From a virus (Duplodnaviria > Caudoviricetes): 31,778 bases of DNA. The stretch lies in the IMG/VR virus record IMGVR_UViG_3300049437_000130, positions 1 to 31,778 of that record; one strand, 5' to 3'. How positions within the stretch are numbered: position 1 is the first letter of the stretch; every line of letters begins with the position of its first letter. Below the pieces are notes generated by a model that saw only the letters and a program-made list of their open reading frames with translations, was not told the origin of the DNA and did no database searches. Below are positions 25,300 through 31,778 of the stretch, piece after piece. Both the position numbers and the translations under genes were made by a program.

Positions 25300-26919
25300 A
25301 TGAAAGCCGCCCTCTACGCTCGCTTCTCGACCGAGAAGCAGTCCGAAGCGTCGATCGACGATCAGCTCCGCGTGTGCGAGCGCATCGCCGAGCGGGAGCG
25401 CTTCGAGATCGTCGCGCGTTTCAGTGACGCTGCGATTTCGGGCGGCACGACGCAGCGCCCCGGCTACCAGTCCATGCTCGCCGCTGCCCGCCGTCGCGAG
25501 TTCGATGTGATCGTGGCTGAGGATACCTCGCGCTTGTGGCGCAACCTGGCCGAGCAGGCGCCGCGCCTTGCCGAGCTGGCGGACATTGGCGCGCAGGTCC
25601 TCACGCACGATCTTGATACTCGGCAGGAATCCGCGGGCTTGCTGGGCGCGGTGCTGGGCGCCTCGGCCGAGGCCTACCGGCGCGAAATATCCCGGCGCAC
25701 GCGGCGCGGGTTGGAAGGCCTCGCGCTCAAAGGCGAGCCGACCGGGGGCCGGGCATACGGCTACACATCCGCAAAGGAAATCAACGAGGGGGAGGCTGCG
25801 ATCGTTCGGCGGATCTTTGAGTTGTATGCCGACGGGATCAGCCCGCGCGGGATCGCGGCGCAGCTCAACGAGGAAGGGGTGCCTTCCCCCGGCGCGCATT
25901 GGAAGCGCACGGCGCGGCGGAAGGATTCAAAGTGGCTCGCTAGCGCGATCCACGGGCAGGTCGAGCGCGGGACGGGGATCTTGAACAATCGCCGGTACGT
26001 CGGCGTGGTCTCTTGGGGGCGTTTTTCCTGGAAGCGCAGCGCTGCCGATAGCTCCAAACGCACCCCCACCCTGAACGGCGCGGCGCATGAGCGTCTCGAC
26101 GAGAGCCTTCGCATCGTGCCTGACGAGCTGTGGCAGCGCGTGAAGGCCCGACAGACTCGGCAGGGAGCAACCCTCGGGCTGCGAGTCAAAGGCGCGCTAC
26201 GCAAGCGCCGGGCCGGCGGCGGGCCGCCATCGCGCCACTTGCTCAGCGGCCTGCTTCGGTGCGGCGCATGCGAGGCGAGCTTCGTTCTGTCGAACGGTAG
26301 CCGCTACCAATGCGCCAGCCACGTGAACGGCGCAGCTTGCGAGGTTAGCCAAAGCGTCCCGCGCGAGCGCGTCGAACGCATGGTGCTGGACTGCGTCGAG
26401 ACTGATCTCTTCGACTCAGCCAAGCTGGCCGCGTTCGAGCAGCGCTACCGAACGGCCGCAAGCCGGCCGGCGACCGACCCCGCGCCGCGGCTGGCCGAGC
26501 TGGATCGCGAGATCCGGAACCTCGCCGACGCCATCGCGAAAGGGCTGCTTTCCGACGCGCTGGCGGCTCGCCTGCGTGGCGCCGAAACCGAGCGCGCACG
26601 TTTGCTTGCCACCAACTCCAAGCCGCCCAGCGCCGCGCGTACGCTGACCCCGGCCACGACGGAACGCCGAATTGCGATCATGCAACAGCGGCTGGCGGAG
26701 GGCGGAGAGATTGCCCGCGGCGTCGTGCAGGAGCTGTTCCCGCAAGCGATCTGGCTGCGCCCCGACGCCGGGGGGCGTCACCTGTGGGCGGAGTTCGAGG
26801 CGAACCTTGTGCCGCTGTTCGATATGGACATCGCGGCGATGTTTCCGCTTTGCCCGCCAGACGAGTCGGTAATAATGGTAGCGGGGGCAGGATTTGAACC
26901 TGCGACCTTCGGGTTATGA
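25300..26919 (+). CDS. int: Large serine recombinase (phage integrase), 539 aa
   Basis: MKAALYARFSTEKQ...SIDDQ catalytic Ser motif, SG...RPG, SRL.R, a recombinase domain (IAAQLN..G.P.P), a zinc ribbon LLRCGAC...YQC...C, and a coiled coil. Confidence 0.93.
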   Translation: MKAALYARFSTEKQSEASIDDQLRVCERIAERERFEIVARFSDAAISGGTTQRPGYQSMLAAARRREFDVIVAEDTSRLWRNLAEQAPRLAELADIGAQVLTHDLDTRQESAGLLGAVLGASAEAYRREISRRTRRGLEGLALKGEPTGGRAYGYTSAKEINEGEAAIVRRIFELYADGISPRGIAAQLNEEGVPSPGAHWKRTARRKDSKWLASAIHGQVERGTGILNNRRYVGVVSWGRFSWKRSAADSSKRTPTLNGAAHERLDESLRIVPDELWQRVKARQTRQGATLGLRVKGALRKRRAGGGPPSRHLLSGLLRCGACEASFVLSNGSRYQCASHVNGAACEVSQSVPRERVERMVLDCVETDLFDSAKLAAFEQRYRTAASRPATDPAPRLAELDREIRNLADAIAKGLLSDALAARLRGAETERARLLATNSKPPSAARTLTPATTERRIAIMQQRLAEGGEIARGVVQELFPQAIWLRPDAGGRHLWAEFEANLVPLFDMDIAAMFPLCPPDESVIMVAGAGFEPATFGL

Positions 26920-26952
26920 GCCCGACGAGCTGCCAGACTGCTCCACCCCGCA
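26876..26952 (-). tRNA. tRNA-Met(CAT), initiator (fMet) type
   Basis: TGCGGGGTGGAGCAGTCTGGCAGCTCGTCGGGCTCATAACCCGAAGGTCGCAGGTTCAAATCCTGCCCCCGCTACCA. It has three consecutive G-C pairs in the anticodon stem, a 1:72 mismatch and an encoded CCA. Confidence 0.97.
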
Positions 26953-26962
26953 CCGGTTAAGA

Positions 26963-26974
26963 GCGGGGATAGTA
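26963..26974 (-). promoter_or_regulatory. Likely -10 box and GC-rich discriminator of the tRNA promoter
   Basis: Minus strand TACTAT followed by CCCCGC; the -35 is not convincing. Confidence 0.45.
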
Positions 26975-27016
26975 CACGAACCGTTGTCCGTGCGACAGGC
27001 CCCGACGCGACCCTGG

Positions 27017-28465
27017 TCAGCTCGTGCCGATCAAACGCGCGCAGAGTGCCAGCAGGCCATTCGGCAGCACGCCCAGCAGCAGCACTGCGAGCGTGTTCAA
27101 CGTCAATACCGCCCGGGCAGCCGGAGCTGGCGCCGGCGCATGGGCGGGCGCGGCCGGCTCGAAATACATGTACCAGACGACGCGCAGGTAGTAGAAAGCG
27201 CCGATCACCGACGTCGCCATCGCGATCAGCGCGAGCCACAGGTGCTGCGAATCGAGCAGTGCCTGGATGATCCACAGCTTGGCCCAGAAGCCGACGAACG
27301 GCGGCACGCCGGCGGTCGAGAGCATCAGCACCAGCATCAGCAGCGCCAGCCACGGTTCGCGCGCGGCGAAACCCTTGTAGTCGGCGATTTCCTCTGCCTC
27401 CGCCTTGGTGCTGCCGGCGAGAATCATCACGCCGAAGGAGCCGAGCGCCGTGAGCACGTACACCAGGGTGTAGCCGAGGCTGGCCTGGTAGCCGGCGGCG
27501 TTGGCGCAGACGAAGCCCAGCAGGATGAAGCCGACGTTGCCGATCGCCGAATAGGCCAGCATGCGCTTCAGGTTCGCCTGCGCGATCGCGACCACGTTGC
27601 CGAGTAACAGCGACAGCACAGCGATGACAGCCAGCATCTGCGTCCAGTTGCCCGGTGCGACGCCGAGGCCGTGCGCCAGCAGCCGGATCGCCAGCGCGAA
27701 GGACGCAAGCTTCGGCGCCGTGCCGATGAACAGCGTCACGCTGGTGGGCGCGCCGTGGTACACGTCGGGCACCCACATGTGGAACGGGACCGCGCCGAAC
27801 TTGAAAGCCACGGCAACGACGACGAAGGCCGTGCCGATCAGGATGCCGACGCCCTGCGCTCCCGCGGCACCCACGGCCAAACGGTCGAGGTCGAGCGTGC
27901 CGGTCATGCCGTACAGCATAGACAGACCGTACAGCAGCGTGCCCGAGCCAATCGCGCCCAGCACGAAGTACTTGATCGCGGCCTCGGCGGCGATGCCGGA
28001 ATCGCGATCGAAGGCCACCAGCGCGTACAGCGACAGCGCCAGCAGCTCGACGCCGATGTACACGGTCAGCAGGCTGTTGGCGGAGATGAGCACGAAGATG
28101 CCGAGCAGCGCTGTCAGCGCGAGCACGTAGTATTCGCCGCCGCGGATCTGACGCCGGTCGAGATAGCCGCCCGAGTAGAACAGCGCCAGCCCCACCGTGA
28201 CGAAGCCGGCGACCTTGAGCAGCGCGCCGAGGCCGTCGGCCACGTACAGGCCGTCGAACAGCAGCGTACGGCTGCTGACCGCGCCGACGGTGAGCGTGAG
28301 TACGACGCCGGCCGCCAGGACAAGCAACGTCAAGGCCGCAATCAGGCCGCGGCGGTCCTTGCCGAAGAACACCTCCACCAGCAGCAGCACGCAGATCGCG
28401 CCGGTGAGGTACATCTCCGGCAGTGCCGGCAGCAACGAGGTCAGGGTCATGGGGCTTGCGGTCAT
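27017..28465 (-). CDS. nuoN: NADH-quinone oxidoreductase subunit N
   Basis: GEYY, ELLALSLY, EAAIKYFVLGA, FKFGAVPFHMWVPDVY.GAP, KRMLAYS.I and GVPPFVGF.AK motifs. Confidence 0.97.
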   Translation of the reverse strand: MTASPMTLTSLLPALPEMYLTGAICVLLLVEVFFGKDRRGLIAALTLLVLAAGVVLTLTVGAVSSRTLLFDGLYVADGLGALLKVAGFVTVGLALFYSGGYLDRRQIRGGEYYVLALTALLGIFVLISANSLLTVYIGVELLALSLYALVAFDRDSGIAAEAAIKYFVLGAIGSGTLLYGLSMLYGMTGTLDLDRLAVGAAGAQGVGILIGTAFVVVAVAFKFGAVPFHMWVPDVYHGAPTSVTLFIGTAPKLASFALAIRLLAHGLGVAPGNWTQMLAVIAVLSLLLGNVVAIAQANLKRMLAYSAIGNVGFILLGFVCANAAGYQASLGYTLVYVLTALGSFGVMILAGSTKAEAEEIADYKGFAAREPWLALLMLVLMLSTAGVPPFVGFWAKLWIIQALLDSQHLWLALIAMATSVIGAFYYLRVVWYMYFEPAAPAHAPAPAPAARAVLTLNTLAVLLLGVLPNGLLALCARLIGTS

Positions 28466-28468
28466 GGT

Positions 28469-29989
28469 TCAAACCACCGGGATCTTGCTGGCCACGATCT
28501 GCTCGAGCAGGTGATGCATCGAGGCCTCCATCGTCCGCACCAGCGGCCCGGGATACAGGCCGAGCGCCAGCACGCCGACGGCGAGCAACGCCAGCACCAG
28601 GAACTCGCGGCCGTTGAGATCCTTGAGCGCCGCGACGTTGTCGTTGGCCACCGGGCCGAAGATCACCCGCTTCACCAGCCAAAGCGTGTAGGCGGCGCCG
28701 AGAATCAGTGTCGTGCCCGCGAGCACCGCGTACCAGAAATTGGCCTTGAAGCTCGCGAGGATCACCAGAAATTCGCCGACGAAGCCGGAGGTTCCCGGGA
28801 GCCCTGAGTTCGCCAGCGCGAACAGCACCATGAAGGCGCCGAAGATTGGCATGGTGTTGATCACGCCGCCGTAGGCACTGATCTCGCGGCTGTGCACGCG
28901 GTCGTACATCACGCCGATGCAGAGGAACAACGCACCCGAGATCAATCCGTGCGACACCATCTGCACCATCGCGCCGTCCAGCCCGCCGACCGCGCCGTTG
29001 AGCACGCCGGTGGCGGCCTGGATGTCGAAAGCCAGGAACGCGCCCAGCGTGACGAAGCCCATGTGCGCGATCGAGGAATACGCCACCAGCTTCTTCATGT
29101 CCTGCTGCACCAGCGCGACGAAGCCGATGTAGACCACCGCGATCAGCGACAGGCCGATGATCAACCAGTCGAGCTCGCGGCTCGCATCCGGCGCTATCGG
29201 CAGGCTGAAGCGCAGCAGGCCATAACCGCCCATCTTCAGCATGATCGCGGCCAGGATCACCGAGCCGCCGGTCGGCGCCTCCACGTGCGCGTCCGGTAAC
29301 CAGGTGTGCACCGGCCACATCGGCACCTTGACCGCGAAGGCGAGCAGAAAGGCGAGGAAGATCCAGCGCTGCTCCGTCAGGGTCAGCGGCAGCGCATGCA
29401 AGGCGTCGATCGAGTAGCTGCCGGCCGCAAGGTACAGGTAGATCAGTGCGACCAGCATGAACACCGAGCCGAGGAAGGTAAAGAGGAAGAACTTGATCGT
29501 CGCGTATACGCGCCGCGGCCCACCCCAGATGCCGATGATCAGGAACATCGGAATCAGCATCGCTTCCCAGAAGAAATAGAACAGCAGCGTGTCCAGGGCC
29601 GAGAACACGCCGATCATCAGGCCTTCGAGAATCAGGAAGGCGGCGTAGTACTGTGCCGGGCGCTTCTCGATCACCGACCAGCCGGCGATGATCACCGGCA
29701 CGGTCATGAAGGCAGTCAGCCCGATCAGTGGCAGGGAGATGCCGTCGATGCCGAGGTAGTACTCGGCCTTGAACATCGGGATCCACGGCAGGCGCTCGAC
29801 GAATTGCCAGGCGGCGGTGCCGGTGTCGAACCGCGACCACAGGCATATCGCCAGCGCCAGCGTCAGCAGCGACGCCGTGAGCGCCACCCAGCGCACGAGT
29901 CGCGCGCGCGCATCGCCGATCAGCAGCGCCAGCACGCCACCAGCCACCGGCAGCCAGATCAGGGTCGAGAGCAACGCGATTCCTTGCAT
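28469..29989 (-). CDS. nuoM: NADH-quinone oxidoreductase subunit M (start MQGIALL at 29989)
   Basis: GIDGISL, FYFFWEAMLIPM, AVKVPMWPVHTWLPDAHVEAPTGGS, LVAYSSIAHMG and GLPGTSGFVGEF motifs. Confidence 0.97.
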   Translation of the reverse strand: MQGIALLSTLIWLPVAGGVLALLIGDARARLVRWVALTASLLTLALAICLWSRFDTGTAAWQFVERLPWIPMFKAEYYLGIDGISLPLIGLTAFMTVPVIIAGWSVIEKRPAQYYAAFLILEGLMIGVFSALDTLLFYFFWEAMLIPMFLIIGIWGGPRRVYATIKFFLFTFLGSVFMLVALIYLYLAAGSYSIDALHALPLTLTEQRWIFLAFLLAFAVKVPMWPVHTWLPDAHVEAPTGGSVILAAIMLKMGGYGLLRFSLPIAPDASRELDWLIIGLSLIAVVYIGFVALVQQDMKKLVAYSSIAHMGFVTLGAFLAFDIQAATGVLNGAVGGLDGAMVQMVSHGLISGALFLCIGVMYDRVHSREISAYGGVINTMPIFGAFMVLFALANSGLPGTSGFVGEFLVILASFKANFWYAVLAGTTLILGAAYTLWLVKRVIFGPVANDNVAALKDLNGREFLVLALLAVGVLALGLYPGPLVRTMEASMHHLLEQIVASKIPVV

Positions 29990-30006
29990 GGTAAATGATC
30001 CGCCCG

Positions 30007-31778
30007 TCAGAGCCCGTACAGGAACCAGCCGACGAATGCCGCCAGGCCGACGATCATCCAGAACGCGTAGTTGTACAGGTAGCCGGTCTGCACCCGGCGC
30101 GTCACGCTGGCCACCCAATCCACGAGGCTGGCCGAGCCGTTCACCACCACGCCATCGATGAGGCCCTCGTCGCCGCCGCGCCACAGCCCGAAGCCGAGTC
30201 CGCGTGCGGCGCGCGCGATGACGTTCTCGTTGAACCAGTCGAAGTAGTACTTGTTGATCAGCACGCGATACGGGAAGGACAGCCGTTCGCGCAAGCTGAC
30301 CGCCAGCTCCGGCCGCTTGAGCCACAGGTACCAGGCCGTGACGACGCCCGCCAACGCCAGCCACACCGGCGCCGAGGCGAAGGCGTGCCACGCAAAGCCG
30401 ACCGGCCCCTGGTATTCGCGCCCTATCTCGCCGACGACGTCGTTCGGTTCCAGCACCTTGATGGCGTCGCCGAAGTAGCCACCGAACAGCACCGGCCCGA
30501 TCGCGAGGAAACCGATCAGGAGCGAGGGGATCGCCAGCGCCACCAGCGGCCCTTTCATGTCCCAGCCGACGTCGTGGAAGTGCTTCTCGGCGTGGTGGTC
30601 GAGGCGTGATTTGCCGTGAAAGGTGAGGAAGATCATGCGAAAGGTGTACAGCGCCGTGACGAACACACCGGCCAGCACGCAGAAATACGCGTACTCCGCG
30701 CCCCAGCGGTGCGATTCGTGCACCGCCTCGATCAGCGCGTCCTTCGAATAGAAGCCGGAGAAGAACGGCGTGCCGATTAGCGCCAGCGCGCCGACGAGGC
30801 TGGTCCAGTAGGTGACCGGCATGCGCGACCTCAGGCCGCCCATCTTGCGCATGTCCTGTTCATGGTGCATCGCGATGATCACCGCGCCGGCCGCAAGAAA
30901 CAGCAGCGCCTTGAAGAAGGCGTGCGTCGTCAGATGGAAGATCGCCACGCTGTAGGCCGACACGCCCAGCGCCACCGTCATGTAGCCGAGCTGCGACAGC
31001 GTCGAATACGCGATCACGCGCTTGATGTCGTTGTTGACGACGCCGAGGAAACCCATGAACAGCGCCGTGGTCGCGCCGATCACCAGCACGAAGGACAGCG
31101 CGCTGTCCGAATACTCGAACAGCGGCGACATGCGCGCGACCATGAAGATGCCGGCCGTGACCATCGTCGCGGCATGGATCAGCGCCGAGATCGGTGTCGG
31201 GCCCTCCATCGAGTCCGGCAGCCACACGTGCAGGGGCACCTGCGCCGACTTGCCCATCGCACCGATGAACAGGCCGATGCAGATCAGCGTCAGCGCCGGC
31301 CAGTGCCAGCCGCCCGGGATGGCCAGCGTCTTGGCGGCGATCGCCGGCGCCGCCGCGAAGGCGGCGCCGTAGTCGAGCGAATTGGTGTAGTACACGACCC
31401 CGGCGATGCCGATGAGGAAACCGAAATCGCCGACGCGATTCACCAGGAAGGCCTTCAGGTTGGCGAAGATCGCGCTCGGCCGCGTATACCAGAAGCCGAT
31501 CAGCAGGTAGGAGACGACGCCGACCGCTTCCCAGCCGAAGAACAGCTGCATGAAGTTGTTCGACATCACCAGCATCAGCATTGCGAAGGTGAACAGCGAG
31601 ATGTAGGCGAAGAAGCGCTGGTAACTCGGATCGTCGCGCATGTAGCCCATCGTGTAGACGTGCACGCACAGGGAGACGAAGGTCACCACCACCATCATCA
31701 GCACGCTCAGGCGGTCGACGAGGAAACCGACCTGCATGCGGATGCCGTCGCTGACCAGCCAGGTGTACACCGGCGCGT
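30007..31778 (-). CDS. nuoL: NADH-quinone oxidoreductase subunit L (5' end outside the window)
   Basis: FFGWEAVG, NRVGD, GKSAQ.PLH.WLPDSMEGPTPISALIHAATMV, HAFFKALLF and GFYSKD motifs. Confidence 0.97.
   Translation of the reverse strand, partial: APVYTWLVSDGIRMQVGFLVDRLSVLMMVVVTFVSLCVHVYTMGYMRDDPSYQRFFAYISLFTFAMLMLVMSNNFMQLFFGWEAVGVVSYLLIGFWYTRPSAIFANLKAFLVNRVGDFGFLIGIAGVVYYTNSLDYGAAFAAAPAIAAKTLAIPGGWHWPALTLICIGLFIGAMGKSAQVPLHVWLPDSMEGPTPISALIHAATMVTAGIFMVARMSPLFEYSDSALSFVLVIGATTALFMGFLGVVNNDIKRVIAYSTLSQLGYMTVALGVSAYSVAIFHLTTHAFFKALLFLAAGAVIIAMHHEQDMRKMGGLRSRMPVTYWTSLVGALALIGTPFFSGFYSKDALIEAVHESHRWGAEYAYFCVLAGVFVTALYTFRMIFLTFHGKSRLDHHAEKHFHDVGWDMKGPLVALAIPSLLIGFLAIGPVLFGGYFGDAIKVLEPNDVVGEIGREYQGPVGFAWHAFASAPVWLALAGVVTAWYLWLKRPELAVSLRERLSFPYRVLINKYYFDWFNENVIARAARGLGFGLWRGGDEGLIDGVVVNGSASLVDWVASVTRRVQTGYLYNYAFWMIVGLAAFVGWFLYGL

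Larger units (their letters stand above)
1..26875. mobile_element. Integrated temperate podovirus-like prophage (left end lies outside the window)
   Basis: Contiguous terminase-portal-scaffold-capsid-tail tube-ejection gene set, a primase-helicase, and an integrase abutting a tRNA 3' end, followed by an abrupt switch to host nuo genes. The exact att crossover cannot be fixed without the other end. Confidence 0.93.

Noticed and set aside
26876-26919. Second att copy (direct repeat of the tRNA 3' end)
   Set aside because: Not found by eye in this window; it is expected beyond the left edge.
26778-29846. 1022-aa minus-strand ORF and other long alternative-frame or antisense ORFs (e.g. 13454..14956, 17230..18669, 11109..12242)
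   Set aside because: These are Arg/Ala/Pro-rich shadow frames of well-supported genes (nuoM/N, portal, terL, capsid) in high-GC DNA.

Overview
Bases 1 to ~26,900 are the right-hand part of a temperate podovirus-type prophage (T7/BPP-1/HTVC010P-like virion architecture). It is integrated at the 3' end of an initiator tRNA-Met gene lying directly downstream of a host nuoL-nuoM-nuoN (complex I) operon in a high-GC, probably proteobacterial, host. The minus-strand late operon runs terS, terL, several small genes, portal, an HNH nuclease, scaffold, major capsid, a putative decoration protein, a three-enzyme cassette, tail tubular proteins A/B and internal virion (ejection) proteins. The plus-strand arm is very small: a small serine resolvase, an iteron-rich putative origin, a Prim-Pol/PriCT-2/VirE replicase, an ECF-like sigma factor, a small basic protein with its own promoter and operator, and a large serine integrase whose ORF ends inside the tRNA. 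The strongest candidate for an undescribed system is the translationally coupled cassette of a Maf/sialyltransferase-like protein, an ATP-grasp ligase and a GT-A glycosyltransferase between the head and tail genes, a possible virion glyco/peptidyl-modification pathway. Also notable is an ejection protein carrying an ADP-ribosyltransferase-like domain that is split by a single in-frame TAA. All family calls come from motif recognition by eye, not database searches.
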